Shown piece after piece: positions 28,159 to 38,794 of a stretch of DNA of 64,000 bases. Numbering within the stretch: the first letter of the stretch is position 1; each line of letters begins with the position of its first letter. The translations under genes and the position numbers were made by a program. This DNA comes from Thermodesulfobacteriota bacterium (lineage in GTDB: Bacteria > Desulfobacterota_D > UBA1144 > Nemesobacterales > JAJCZQ01): NCBI GenBank assembly GCA_965203965.1, contig CBDBDR010000017.1, positions 1 to 64,000 of the forward strand. The letters run 5' to 3'. The notes beneath the pieces were generated by a model. That model saw nothing but the letters and a program-made list of their open reading frames with translations, was not told the origin of the DNA and ran no database searches.

Positions 28159-31100
28159 TCCAGCTGATCAACTAACTTTGCAGTTTTGAATGCCTTTTTC
28201 ATTTCTTTTTTATAAGATGCCCCTTTGTAGCAAATTATAGCCCCTCGCTTCTTTTGTTTTATTTGATCTTCAAAAAACTCATCACGAATCTTTTGAGGAG
28301 ATTTTTCAGATTGTTCTGCTGTATTTTTTGTTGCTTTCTTTGCTGGCTTTTTTCTAAAACCATGTTGGCATATCGGGTCTTCCATAAACTCGGCATCTTT
28401 TATTTCTTTGCCGTCTTTTGCCAATTTTATTGCTATACTTGGAGCAGTAGAGTTATCTATTTGATACCAGAGCTGATCGATTTGAACTGGTAGCGTGAAT
28501 TTATCTTTATCAACCATATACCACTTTTTGGGGTCTATGGCTTCCCCAACTTCATATTTTTCATTTGACTTTAACTTAACAAAATTGTTTGATTTTGCCC
28601 ATGTTGCCAGTTTAACCCCTAGTGAACCGTCTTTTTTTCTTATAGGCACATTCGGTTTATTATCTGGTTTTCTGGAGTCCGAATCATTCATAACTTGATA
28701 GATATAATCTCCAGACCACGACTTCCTTCGCATCATAAGTTTTCCCTCATTGGTTAAAACTGGTAGAGAAAAGACCTTCCTCACTTTTTGATGGTCACCG
28801 TTTGTATGTGACTTGAAATACCAATGCAGAAACTCCTCAAATGTCCATTCTAGTTTTTCTTTTTCTTTCCATTTCTCATTGCAGTTTTCCCACTGTTCTT
28901 TCACAGGCAAATGTATATCTTTATTATAGACTTTCCAAGTGAAGTTTTTCTTTAGCCCTTTGTTTAAGTCGTCAGGCTTAGAAATTGCAAATTTCTCTGT
29001 TTTATAACTTAAAATCTTATAGACAAATGAGTCACTTTCAAATTGCTTTCCAGTTTTTGTATTGTAATTTTTTGTCCAGTATTCGTGTAGCTTCAATTTA
29101 TTCACTGTCAGATAACAATAAGAACTTTTTTGCAATTGCTTGGCAAAACATTCAATTTTTTTCATTGCAGAAAACAAGTCATTCCAACTGTCGTATTGGT
29201 TGCTTAAAAGGGTTGTATCTTCATTGCACAAAGGGAGCAAATTAACAATATTTTTCAATAGCTTTCTATCTTTCGCTTTGGTGCCTGTTTCTACTGCGGC
29301 ACTGTTCTCCAAGCTAAAACCGATCTTGATGCATATAGAATCATCTTTCTGTTTCATCAAAACAGGGAGATAATGATCAGCATAAAAAGTATCGCGTGTA
29401 AAAGAACGGTGAGATGAAAAGTTTTCATTAGGTTTCCTTCTATCTAGATTTCTTATGTTACACTCGTCATCATGAACTTGAATGCATTCCCATAAACCAT
29501 TAATCTCGCCTGTTTCCTTATCGTAGGGTTCCTTTCTAACAAAATCATCTAATTTAAGTTTTAGTCCACCGTCTTTACGGTGTGCATCTGCAGTAATTAC
29601 AAATGCCAACATTGCATCAATTAAATGCGAGTAGGCTTTTTGTTTTTTATCTTTACTTTTAGCGTATTCAGCCATTTTTGGGTAACATTCTTCATACAGT
29701 TTCCGTAGATCATGAATTCCATCTCCGCGAGAATTGCACTGTGCTTCAACACCAAAATAGTCAAAAGATAGAAGGCTTTCTTTGCCGATACGTTTGGCTT
29801 TTTTATAAAGCTTATTTGCTAACGTTTCTGCAAAATATCGCTGAGTGCCGTTCACTAACGACCTGTTCTTGTTGTTTATTGCGTTGATGACTTTTTCTCT
29901 CAGTGGATGCCCTACAAGAAACAAAGCATGGCGGAAGGCTGTTTGTTGTTCTGGTTCAAGGTTGATGAAACTACGATATTTGCCAAACTTGAAGTCTTCA
30001 CCGGAACCATCTCCAATTTTCTCAATGATCCATTCCTCGATCTCCTTATCATCATTCGTACCGAATTGTTCTTCCTTGTATTTAGGTTTTAATTGCTCTA
30101 GTGAAAATTCATAATTTTGCTTGATCTCTTTATTTCCTTTACCACTTGCCCAGATAAGGTTTGCTTCGTCATTCAAAGTTCCCCATTGTGAAGAACGAGG
30201 AATAATATGATCCTTATCACCCTCTGAAAGTGGATCACCTGTGTAAGGACATATCTTTTTACTATCTTCTTTTATTCTGTCGTTTTTATCTTTTAGTAAA
30301 TCAGAATTCTGATGTTTTTCATCTCTATTAGTTTTTAATATTTTAAGGCTTGGTTCATACTCAAATCTATTGGACTCAGTAATAATTGGAACACAAACTT
30401 TATTACCGTCTGTAAGTTCTTTTTCAATCCTTTCCCATTTATCATCAGCAATAGCGCCGCCGACAATCCGCGCCACACGCATAACAGCACCATCAATAAC
30501 GCGAGTGGAAATTGCGGGCAAACGTTGGGATTTTACTGTTGTGTCTTTCCCGTTCGCCGTGGAAATTATCTGCATGCGGAAAGCATTATCAGCACCACAC
30601 ACAGCACAAGTGCTGGCATTGCCGCTACGTTCCTTAAAGGTGATATTGTTGATCTGTGCGAGTAAATAAACGCCCGTTGCTGGGTTTTTCTCCAGATCCT
30701 TTTCCCATTCTTGTTGTGCTAAATCATCACACAGAGATTTCGTAAGAATTAGGCATAAGTCTTTTGCCCTACTGCAAAAACTATGGAGCTTATACGCATC
30801 ATTCACTGTAGAGTTTTTAAGAATCTTCTTGATGCTTTTATCAGGCCGAGATTCACTCTGTTTTCTGTGATAAATAAGCCCAAATACAGTTTGAATATCC
30901 AATTTGAGTCGTCCCCGGCGTTCTTTCTGCTCTCTGGAAGTTCGGTCACAATTTGCTTTTAATTTATCAATTCTGCTCAGCCAGTTGAACAATCTTTCGT
31001 CTATGGTTCCTCTATTTTGTTTTTCGGCAATGTTCTTCAATTTATGAGATGAAACCTGCAACAATCCTGCCAAATCCTCTAACATCTGGTAACGCTTTTG

Positions 31101-33170
31101 TCGGGGTTTATGATTACAATAAGTCAGCATGTGATCCTTATCATCAAAGCGACCGGTATTTTCATAGCCGCGCCCTTTAACAAAACGATACTCGGGATGA
31201 ATGTAAATCCTGCCGTTTCTGGCGCGTTGACGCTGCTTGAAGTATTTGCAGATTAAATGTAGAAAAGTGCCATTGGGGAAGAGATCATTTCTGTCATAAT
31301 CTGGCTTGCCTTTCAGTTCATTCGGCAGGTTACTTTTTTTAAGCGACTTTTCCAATTCTTGTTTCGTTTTTTTTACGTTCCTAACAGCATCTTCATCTGT
31401 TTTATTGGCATCCTGCTTAATTTTTTTGGCATGGCTATATATTTCATTGAGCTTTAGTGGGTCTTCGTCTTTAACCCTGTCAAAAATGAATTGCAAAATA
31501 CGGGTATTCAATTCAGCCATACTCCTGCGTCCGGAGTCCGTAAGCAAGTTACCTTTGTGGTCATCGCTAAAATAGTTTTTTCTTTTACCGCTTTTCAGTT
31601 TTTTGAGTTTTTCCCCATAATCACCAAGATAATCTTTAACGGGTTGCAGTTTTTTCAGTTCACTAAGCCAAGTTTGCCAGTTTGGATATTTTTTATTTAG
31701 AAAGCTGACATTCAAAATAAAACTTTGGCATTTGGGTGGACGGCGATTGTTATTATTCTGATAAGGTGGGATGGTCCAGTTGGGATTGGTTTTCAGCCAA
31801 AAATCAACAATCCCTCTGGTTTTTTCTTTTCCCCATTTTTTTCGTAATTTTTTGTAATTGTAATTTCCTCTTTCTGCTTTGTCTTTGTCTTTTTGTGAAT
31901 TGACACGCCACTCGCTCAGTATCCACCTTTCAAAAAACCTGTTAATCCGTTTTTCGTCCCATTGATCACCCTCTTCGTTTGTTCCGTTTATTTTGTGCAT
32001 CTTATGGTTGAAGTATTTGCGGAGTGGTTTTAGTTCTAAATTGCTGATATGTCCTATAAGGTTAGACAAATTTTCAATATTCAATCCCTGAAAACCCCCC
32101 GATTGTAATTGTTCGCAAAATTTTTTCAGATAGCTATGTGTATGATTCTTCCTTTCAAGAACGGTTTTGACTTCTTCAAAATACTTGCTGCGATGGCGTC
32201 CACCCGACTCAAGTTCGCTATAAATTTTGTGAATGGTAAAAGCAAGATGGTGCAGGTGGGTTTGTATGTTTGGACTCTCAGATTCAGAGTCATAAAATTT
32301 AGCATCTTCCATATCAAAGTCTTCGGCATTGAAATTCCAATCTGACTCTTTCAGTTCGTTCTTTTCTTTCAAATCCGGTAAGCTTCCTATAATTTTCTTT
32401 GCTGTTTCAGGTTTTTTCTCATTCAAGTATTTGACCATATCAAATTTGGTTTCCGAAAGATTATTGGGTAAACCATGAATTCCGCTTTCTATCCAATTCT
32501 TCAATACCCATCTGGGCAATTGCGACAAGTTAACTTTTTTCTCTTCAGGAATATTCTCACCTTTTTCGCGTGTTGAACAATATTTACGCAATTTTTCTGT
32601 TTTAGAAATGTAACAAAGCCTTTTACGGATTCTTTGGGGTTCCTGATTGAGGGATTTAAACAAAGGTTTGATTTTGTCTTTCCCTTCATTTGACCACTCA
32701 GTCAAAGCATTGGCAAAATCGTAGTCGTTTTCGCTTTCTGCTATCTCTTGCTTCAATTCTTGCTTCAATTTATCGGGCAGTTTACCAAAGGCCTCCCGAG
32801 GAAACTTGCTCAATATGTCAGTACTATATTGTTCCGTTAAAAAGTTGAACCCGCGGCGATTGAGTAAAAAACTGATGGTTTGTTGGATGTCTTTGTCCCA
32901 AGGCAGTTTGAAATGCTTATACCAAACCAACTTAAACAGCCGCTTTGCCATCTGTCTGCGGTCATACCCACGTTTCTGATGTCGCTTGTCCGTGCGATTA
33001 ACCATCAGGTAGGTGTAACTATTGTTATCCAGTTGATAGACTTTGCCTGTCTTTATTTCCGGCCTCTTGAAAACGTCCAACTCACTCCCCGCAGGATAAT
33101 GAGCAAAATACACGCCGGTGTTTTTGGCGCCGAGGTCAATAGCGATTGGGCTGATGAATTTCTTGTTCAT
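28155..33170 (-). CDS. cas9: Type II-B Cas9 (Francisella/Legionella-like), 1671 aa
   Basis: RuvC-I IAIDLGAKNTG, Arg-rich bridge helix, RuvC-II ITESN, HNH CPYTG...DHIIPRS...NDEANL, RuvC-III SHLIDA; cas4 present in locus. Confidence 0.97.
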   Translation of the reverse strand: MNKKFISPIAIDLGAKNTGVYFAHYPAGSELDVFKRPEIKTGKVYQLDNNSYTYLMVNRTDKRHQKRGYDRRQMAKRLFKLVWYKHFKLPWDKDIQQTISFLLNRRGFNFLTEQYSTDILSKFPREAFGKLPDKLKQELKQEIAESENDYDFANALTEWSNEGKDKIKPLFKSLNQEPQRIRKRLCYISKTEKLRKYCSTREKGENIPEEKKVNLSQLPRWVLKNWIESGIHGLPNNLSETKFDMVKYLNEKKPETAKKIIGSLPDLKEKNELKESDWNFNAEDFDMEDAKFYDSESESPNIQTHLHHLAFTIHKIYSELESGGRHRSKYFEEVKTVLERKNHTHSYLKKFCEQLQSGGFQGLNIENLSNLIGHISNLELKPLRKYFNHKMHKINGTNEEGDQWDEKRINRFFERWILSEWRVNSQKDKDKAERGNYNYKKLRKKWGKEKTRGIVDFWLKTNPNWTIPPYQNNNNRRPPKCQSFILNVSFLNKKYPNWQTWLSELKKLQPVKDYLGDYGEKLKKLKSGKRKNYFSDDHKGNLLTDSGRRSMAELNTRILQFIFDRVKDEDPLKLNEIYSHAKKIKQDANKTDEDAVRNVKKTKQELEKSLKKSNLPNELKGKPDYDRNDLFPNGTFLHLICKYFKQRQRARNGRIYIHPEYRFVKGRGYENTGRFDDKDHMLTYCNHKPRQKRYQMLEDLAGLLQVSSHKLKNIAEKQNRGTIDERLFNWLSRIDKLKANCDRTSREQKERRGRLKLDIQTVFGLIYHRKQSESRPDKSIKKILKNSTVNDAYKLHSFCSRAKDLCLILTKSLCDDLAQQEWEKDLEKNPATGVYLLAQINNITFKERSGNASTCAVCGADNAFRMQIISTANGKDTTVKSQRLPAISTRVIDGAVMRVARIVGGAIADDKWERIEKELTDGNKVCVPIITESNRFEYEPSLKILKTNRDEKHQNSDLLKDKNDRIKEDSKKICPYTGDPLSEGDKDHIIPRSSQWGTLNDEANLIWASGKGNKEIKQNYEFSLEQLKPKYKEEQFGTNDDKEIEEWIIEKIGDGSGEDFKFGKYRSFINLEPEQQTAFRHALFLVGHPLREKVINAINNKNRSLVNGTQRYFAETLANKLYKKAKRIGKESLLSFDYFGVEAQCNSRGDGIHDLRKLYEECYPKMAEYAKSKDKKQKAYSHLIDAMLAFVITADAHRKDGGLKLKLDDFVRKEPYDKETGEINGLWECIQVHDDECNIRNLDRRKPNENFSSHRSFTRDTFYADHYLPVLMKQKDDSICIKIGFSLENSAAVETGTKAKDRKLLKNIVNLLPLCNEDTTLLSNQYDSWNDLFSAMKKIECFAKQLQKSSYCYLTVNKLKLHEYWTKNYNTKTGKQFESDSFVYKILSYKTEKFAISKPDDLNKGLKKNFTWKVYNKDIHLPVKEQWENCNEKWKEKEKLEWTFEEFLHWYFKSHTNGDHQKVRKVFSLPVLTNEGKLMMRRKSWSGDYIYQVMNDSDSRKPDNKPNVPIRKKDGSLGVKLATWAKSNNFVKLKSNEKYEVGEAIDPKKWYMVDKDKFTLPVQIDQLWYQIDNSTAPSIAIKLAKDGKEIKDAEFMEDPICQHGFRKKPAKKATKNTAEQSEKSPQKIRDEFFEDQIKQKKRGAIICYKGASYKKEMKKAFKTAKLVDQLE

Positions 33171-33259
33171 AAAAAATCTCTTTTCACTTTTGTAAAAACA
33201 TAAGGGACTAAGACATCGCCTGTACAGTCCGGTTAATTTATATGGGATAAGAATTTAAT

Positions 33260-33281
33260 TCAAGATTGCAAACAATCTTGA
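33260..33281. promoter_or_regulatory. Perfect inverted repeat in the cas9 upstream region
   Basis: TCAAGATTG-CAAA-CAATCTTGA, 90 bp upstream of the cas9 start. Confidence 0.45.
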
Positions 33282-33449
33282 TCCGACCATTAAAACTTTC
33301 CTCAAATTCCATAATATAACAATCTAAAGAGACGTCCAGATGGTGAGTTGAACGGTGGTCTGTAGGTGTAAATCTGGGGTTATAATCAAGATTTCATCCA
33401 AACCGTGTCATTAAAAAATAAAGAGAGAGGGTCACACGTTAATATAATT

Positions 33450-34385
33450 TTACTTACTGAATTCGGGTATCACTTCCCTTGCAAACAGTTCAAGAGTTTC
33501 CTTATTCATAACGTCTGAAAAAAAGATCGTGTATTTTGTTATGCCTTTTTCCAGATTGGCTTTTATTTTTTCAATACATTGATCTGGTGTTCCAACTATG
33601 CCCAGTTTTTCCACGTCCCCAAAAAAATTGTATCTGCGTTGAGCTTTTTCAAGTTTTTCTGCAAGTTCATCTTCTTTGTTGACCAGCACACATACGGTTT
33701 GTTGCGATAAACGTATTTCACTGATATCTCTCTTTACATTTTCACAGTGCCGCCTTAATGCGAGATATTTTCTATCAAATTCAAGTGCGTGAGTAGCGGG
33801 GCAGTTCCATTCGTCTGCAACTTCGGCAACAACTTTTAACAGATTATTTTCCCCAGCTCCCCCAACTATAATGGGAACGTGGGGTTTTTGAACGGGTTTG
33901 GGGTTACACAATGCACCTTTTATTTCGTAGTGTTTTCCTTTATAGCTTGCTTCTTCCTCTGTCCATAACAGTTTTAATATATCAACGGACTCCTTGAGCA
34001 TCTCTATTCTGGTTTTTGCATCTGGGAAATCGTAACCGTATGCTTTGAACTCTTCTTCAAACCAACCAGCACCGAGGGCAAATTCAACCCTGCCACCTGA
34101 TATGTTATCAAGAGTTGCCGCCATTTTGGCAAGCAGAGGAGGGTGTCTAAAACTGTTGCATAAAACCATTGTTCCGATCCTGATACGCTCAGTAACTGAA
34201 GAAAGAGCAGACATAAGAGTCCAAGGCTCTAGAATGTCAATACCTATTACGCCCTGCCCGAGAACGTGGTCATAAAACCATACGGAGTCATAGCCTGATT
34301 TTTCACAAAACTTTGCTACTTCCCGTATATCGGGGAAATCAATCTTCTGCTGTCTAAGCATAACTCCAAATTCAACTTTGCTCAT
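33450..34385 (-). CDS. LLM-class flavin/F420-dependent oxidoreductase
   Basis: SVWFYDH, EPWT, RHPPLLAKMAATLD.ISGGR, PKPVQKPH.PI.VGG.GE. Confidence 0.92.
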   Translation of the reverse strand: MSKVEFGVMLRQQKIDFPDIREVAKFCEKSGYDSVWFYDHVLGQGVIGIDILEPWTLMSALSSVTERIRIGTMVLCNSFRHPPLLAKMAATLDNISGGRVEFALGAGWFEEEFKAYGYDFPDAKTRIEMLKESVDILKLLWTEEEASYKGKHYEIKGALCNPKPVQKPHVPIIVGGAGENNLLKVVAEVADEWNCPATHALEFDRKYLALRRHCENVKRDISEIRLSQQTVCVLVNKEDELAEKLEKAQRRYNFFGDVEKLGIVGTPDQCIEKIKANLEKGITKYTIFFSDVMNKETLELFAREVIPEFSK

Positions 34386-34464
34386 ACTAAATTCTTAAAA
34401 TCATTTTGAAAATCAACCTTTATGATACATTATATTCTTAATAGTATGAAAGGAGATAGTTGAT

Positions 34465-35097
34465 ATGAATGGCTTTTTTGATAAATACGTTAGGGTGATC
34501 TTAATACTGATGGTTATCGCGATACCTGTTACTTTATCGGCTTCCGATAAAAAAGAAAAAGGATTACAAAAATCAAGCAGCAGAGGAGTAAGTTCAATGA
34601 GTCCAGTAGTATTGATCTCAACGGATCTTGGTGATATTAAAATAAAACTGAACAAAGAGAAAGCACCAGTTACGGTGGATAATTTCCTTGCTTATGCTCA
34701 AGAGGGTTTTTATGATGGGGTTATATTTCACAGGGTAATCCCAAATTTTATGATACAGACGGGTGGATTTACCGAAGATATGAAACAGAAGCCGAGCAAA
34801 CAACCGATCAAAAATGAGGCTGATAATGGTCTTTTGAACAAAAAAGGTTCTATTGCCATGGCAAGGACGTCGGATATTAACAGTGCAACGTCACAGTTTT
34901 TTATTAATTTGGTTGACAACACTTTTCTTAATCACGGGCAAAGAGATTTCGGTTATGCGGTATTCGGAGAAGTTGTGGAAGGTATGGACGTGGTTGATAA
35001 AATTGCGGCAGTGGAAACCGGGAAGTCCGGATATCACGGAGATGTGCCTAAAAAACCTATAGCAATGAAATCGGTTAAGGTCGTTAAAGATAAGTAG
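34465..35097 (+). CDS. ppiA: Cyclophilin-type peptidyl-prolyl isomerase, exported
   Basis: [35 protein letters not shown]-terminal signal-like segment. Confidence 0.92.
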   Translation: MNGFFDKYVRVILILMVIAIPVTLSASDKKEKGLQKSSSRGVSSMSPVVLISTDLGDIKIKLNKEKAPVTVDNFLAYAQEGFYDGVIFHRVIPNFMIQTGGFTEDMKQKPSKQPIKNEADNGLLNKKGSIAMARTSDINSATSQFFINLVDNTFLNHGQRDFGYAVFGEVVEGMDVVDKIAAVETGKSGYHGDVPKKPIAMKSVKVVKDK

Positions 35098-35127
35098 CCG
35101 TTATTCAAGTTGAACAAATGATATTAA

Positions 35128-36171
35128 GTGCGTAAAGCTACATACAAGAATTCTGGCGTGAACGTTGATGCTGGCAATAAATTTGTGCAGCTTATAAAAC
35201 CGTTAGTTGAATCCACACACAACAAAAACTCCTACACAAAGTTGGGAGGGTTTTCAGGGTCATTTTCTTTACCACGCAAGTATAAAGAGCCTCTGCTTGT
35301 ATCTTCCACCGATGGTGTCGGTACTAAGCTGAAGGTTGCATTTGATACCGGATTGCTTAACACAGTTGGGATAGATCTTGTTGCAATGTCGGTAAACGAT
35401 ATTATTACATCTGGTGCAGAACCGCTTTTTTTTCTTGATTACCTTGCAACTTCCAAATTGATGCCTGATCAACACGTTGAGGTCGTAAAAGGAATTGTGA
35501 ACGGATGTAAGGAGTCTGGGTGTGTACTTTTAGGAGGTGAAACTGCAGAACTACCTGGTTTTTATAAAAAAAATGAGTTTGATCTTGCAGGATTTGCAGT
35601 AGGTATGGTTGAAAAGAGTAGGTTTATTGATGGCAGTAGAGTAAAGCAAGGTGACGTGTTAATAGGTTTAAACTCTTCTGGTCTTCATTCCAATGGCTAC
35701 TCACTTGCAAGGAACGTGTTGTTCAAAAAAGCCCGACTGAAATTAGATCACAAGCCTCGAGGTTTCAGAAAGCCTCTTTACAAAGAGCTTTTGGTACCGA
35801 CGGCAATATACGTCAGACCCGTGCTGGACATTGTAAGCAGATACGAGATAAAGTCCATTGCTCATATTACCGGTGGAGGATTACTTGAGAATATTCCGAG
35901 GGTGATGCCTAAAACTGCAAAGGCAGTAATTGACCAATCTTTGTGGAAGATACCAAAGATAATGGAGTTTATCAAAGAGTTGGGAAATATTGAGCAAGAT
36001 GAGATGTTTAGGACGTTCAACTGTGGTATCGGAATGGTGCTTATAGTATCAGATCATGAGAAAACAAAGGTGTTGAAGAGATTAAGCAAATTAAATCAGG
36101 ACGCTTGCATTATAGGAGAAGTGGTGAAAAATCGTGCAAGGTCTCCACGGATTGATATTTTGGCATGCTGA
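35128..36171 (+). CDS. purM: AIR synthase
   Basis: TDGVGTKL, GIDLVAMSVND, GGETAE, SSGLHSNG, HITGGG. Confidence 0.98.
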   Translation: MRKATYKNSGVNVDAGNKFVQLIKPLVESTHNKNSYTKLGGFSGSFSLPRKYKEPLLVSSTDGVGTKLKVAFDTGLLNTVGIDLVAMSVNDIITSGAEPLFFLDYLATSKLMPDQHVEVVKGIVNGCKESGCVLLGGETAELPGFYKKNEFDLAGFAVGMVEKSRFIDGSRVKQGDVLIGLNSSGLHSNGYSLARNVLFKKARLKLDHKPRGFRKPLYKELLVPTAIYVRPVLDIVSRYEIKSIAHITGGGLLENIPRVMPKTAKAVIDQSLWKIPKIMEFIKELGNIEQDEMFRTFNCGIGMVLIVSDHEKTKVLKRLSKLNQDACIIGEVVKNRARSPRIDILAC

Positions 36172-37080
36172 TTACCATAAATAGAAAGATCCTGATAAGC
36201 GATATTCAAAAGAGGCTTTAAAGTGAAGTTTTTCCATTCCGTTCCAGCTTTTTGGGAAGGGGTGATAGAGGGATGCTACCTTTATTGCTCGTTTGGCTTC
36301 GTTGTCAAGGGAATCGTATCCCGAAGACTGTAAGATCTTCAAATCCTCCAGTTCGCCGTTCTTTGATATTGTGAAGATTACGTTCAGTGTTCCATACTCT
36401 CTCCTTATTATTGCTTCTTTTGGATAATGCCATACGCCTTCAATCTGCTTTTTTACTCCAATGAAATACGAATGGTATTTATAGTGAGTTGTGTTCAGAT
36501 CAACTGTGTCTTCTCTATTTTCAAGATGTCTTGCACCTAATTCCGGTTGTTGGGAAGGGATAGATCCAGGTGTTTTGCGGGCAATTTTCTCTTCGGTCTC
36601 GACTGTGTTCTTTTTTGGTATTTCTTCCGTTATTTTAGTTTCATTCCTCAACCACTTCTGTTTTGGAAGGGATGAAAGTACATGTTCCCTTGAAACGTCA
36701 TTGGGTGTTTTTTCGGGATTTTTTATCTGTTTCTTTTCAGGTTGTTTCTTTTGTGTTGCTTTGGTGGGTCTTTTAGAAAGAGCAGGTTTTGACGGGGTAG
36801 TTTTTGATAGTCGGGTAGTTTGGTCAGGAGCAGATTCTTTTTTAGCTTTGTGGTTTTTTTCTGCCAATAGTTTTGAGTCTTTGGGTGGTTCGGTCTCTTC
36901 TTCCTCTAACTCTGTTAATTCAAAGAAATCCGTTTTGGATTTATTTGCAATTTTTGGTTGCAAATCTGGGTAATAGAAAGACAAAACAAATACAAACAGC
37001 AAGTGAATTAAAACAGATATACAAAAAAAGATAAGAGTATCTTTTCTTAATTTTTCACCGTTTCTATAATGCCCATTCAT
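36172..37080 (-). CDS. Energy transducer TonB-family protein
   Basis: N-terminal TM S.LIH, Pro/Lys-rich linker, C-terminal YP..A...G, SSG...LD..A. Confidence 0.85.
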   Translation of the reverse strand: MNGHYRNGEKLRKDTLIFFCISVLIHLLFVFVLSFYYPDLQPKIANKSKTDFFELTELEEEETEPPKDSKLLAEKNHKAKKESAPDQTTRLSKTTPSKPALSKRPTKATQKKQPEKKQIKNPEKTPNDVSREHVLSSLPKQKWLRNETKITEEIPKKNTVETEEKIARKTPGSIPSQQPELGARHLENREDTVDLNTTHYKYHSYFIGVKKQIEGVWHYPKEAIIRREYGTLNVIFTISKNGELEDLKILQSSGYDSLDNEAKRAIKVASLYHPFPKSWNGMEKLHFKASFEYRLSGSFYLW

Positions 37081-37173
37081 AACTCTATAGTATAAATGAT
37101 AAACACCGGTTTTCTATCAGAAGATATTTGCCCGTTCGAGCTTTTGTGGTGATCGGAGTGAAATTGAAGTTTA

Positions 37174-37755
37174 TTATGTCAGTAATTTATAGATCAAGAT
37201 AGAAGTGATCGTCAAAACGGTAATTATTATGGTTAATGGATTGAAATATTTTTCTATAAAGACCTTTATCTTAGTGCCGAAAAAATAGATAAGTCCAGCT
37301 TCCAGAAAAAACCTTGCAGATCTGCCGATTGCAGACGTCACGATGAGATCAAACAGACTTATTTGGAAGACCCCAGCGGCAACTGTAAATACTTTGTAAG
37401 GGATCGGTGTAAATGCTGCTGTTAATAAAGCTGCAAAAGCGTTTTCATTATAAATTTCCTTTACGTTTAGGAAAAGTTGTTCACTGAAAACATAGTTAAA
37501 GAAAAAACTGTCAACTGTCGGCCATAGAGTTAAGCCGATGAAATAACCCAAAATTGCGCCGAGCACTGAAAAGAACGAGCATATAAATGCAATCTGAAGA
37601 GATTTCTTTGGCTTGCTCAGGCAAATGGTGAGGAGGATAGGGTCGGGTGGGATTGGAAAGATAGATGATTCAAAAAAAGAGACTCCGGCAAGCACGTAAT
37701 GGCTGTGTTTGTGCTCAGCCCAGCGCATTATTTCTTCGTAAAGATGCTTCAACAC
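37174..37755 (-). CDS. YqaA/DedA (VTT) family membrane protein
   Basis: SFFESSIFPIPPD, FTPIPYKVFT, GRSARFF. Confidence 0.9.
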   Translation of the reverse strand: MLKHLYEEIMRWAEHKHSHYVLAGVSFFESSIFPIPPDPILLTICLSKPKKSLQIAFICSFFSVLGAILGYFIGLTLWPTVDSFFFNYVFSEQLFLNVKEIYNENAFAALLTAAFTPIPYKVFTVAAGVFQISLFDLIVTSAIGRSARFFLEAGLIYFFGTKIKVFIEKYFNPLTIIITVLTITSILIYKLLT

Positions 37756-38510
37756 TACTTCAGTCCATTCATTTTTTCGTTCAATAAATTTAAGTACCCA
37801 TAATCGGTCATGTCTAGCTTTATGGGTGTTATAGATACGTAGCCTTCAACTACTGAAACAATGTCCGATTCTTCTATTTTCAGGTACCCTAACTCATTAC
37901 CGCCGATCCAAAAATACTCTCTTCCTCGTGGGTCTGTTTTCCGCACGACCGGCTCCTCATAGAGCCTTTTCCCCTGTTTGGTTATTTTTATTCCCTTGAC
38001 CTCGTCTACATTCAAGTTCGGGATATTGACGTTCAAAAAAGTTCCATCGGGGAGTCCGTTTGCGATTACGTATTCGGCGATAATTTTTGAATAATATGAA
38101 GCGGTGTCAAATTTGAAGTTGTTTCTTGAAGCCAGAGAAAAAGCGATGGAAGGAACCTTCAGCAGGGTGCCTTCCATCGCGGCGCTTACGGTTCCAGAAT
38201 ACGTTATATCTTCTCCAACGTTAGCTGCCTTATTTATACCAGATACTATCAGGTCAGGTTTTTTATCTTTGAGCAGACCGTTGATGGCAAGATTAATACA
38301 GTCGGTTGGAGTGCCGTCCACGCTGTAAACATTTTCGGCAATCCTGTCTGCTCTTAGGGGTTTGTGTAAGCTGAGAGAATGACTGGAGGCACTCTGATCC
38401 CTATCGGGTGCAACAATAAAAATTTCGGATGCAAGCTCCTTCACTGTTTCTGCAAGAGAGTGCAGTCCTTCGGAATTTATACCATCATCATTGGAGATCA
38501 GTATTTTCAT
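37755..38510 (-). CDS. surE: 5'/3'-nucleotidase SurE
   Basis: ILISNDDG, DGTPTDC, VSGIN, YSGTVSAA. Confidence 0.98.
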   Translation of the reverse strand: MKILISNDDGINSEGLHSLAETVKELASEIFIVAPDRDQSASSHSLSLHKPLRADRIAENVYSVDGTPTDCINLAINGLLKDKKPDLIVSGINKAANVGEDITYSGTVSAAMEGTLLKVPSIAFSLASRNNFKFDTASYYSKIIAEYVIANGLPDGTFLNVNIPNLNVDEVKGIKITKQGKRLYEEPVVRKTDPRGREYFWIGGNELGYLKIEESDIVSVVEGYVSITPIKLDMTDYGYLNLLNEKMNGLK

Positions 38511-38794
38511 GGGAACTATGTTAGATATTATGCTTGCTTGATTTTATTTCCAAAGTCAAAAAGATCGTTAAACCAGTATTTCTATAATTTCCTGGAACGT
38601 TCGCTATTTCTCGTCTTGGCTTGAGCAATAGCTTGGTGTTTATTGTAAATTTGTTGTAGGAAAAATTTTTGCTTTCTTTAAAACTTAAACTTTACAATCA
38701 TATTTTACCAGAGCAATCCTATCACCTAAAAATTTGTAAATTATAGGTCAAGATTAAATCCCCGCCATTTGCCGGTAAGTTTTCGAAATGAGTA

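Noticed and set aside
33320..33440. Second tracr-like or IS-end-like sequence upstream of cas9 (ATCTAAA, GTTGAACGG)
   Set aside because: Short scattered matches, wrong spacing, no anti-repeat, no terminator, no transposase or paired terminal repeats
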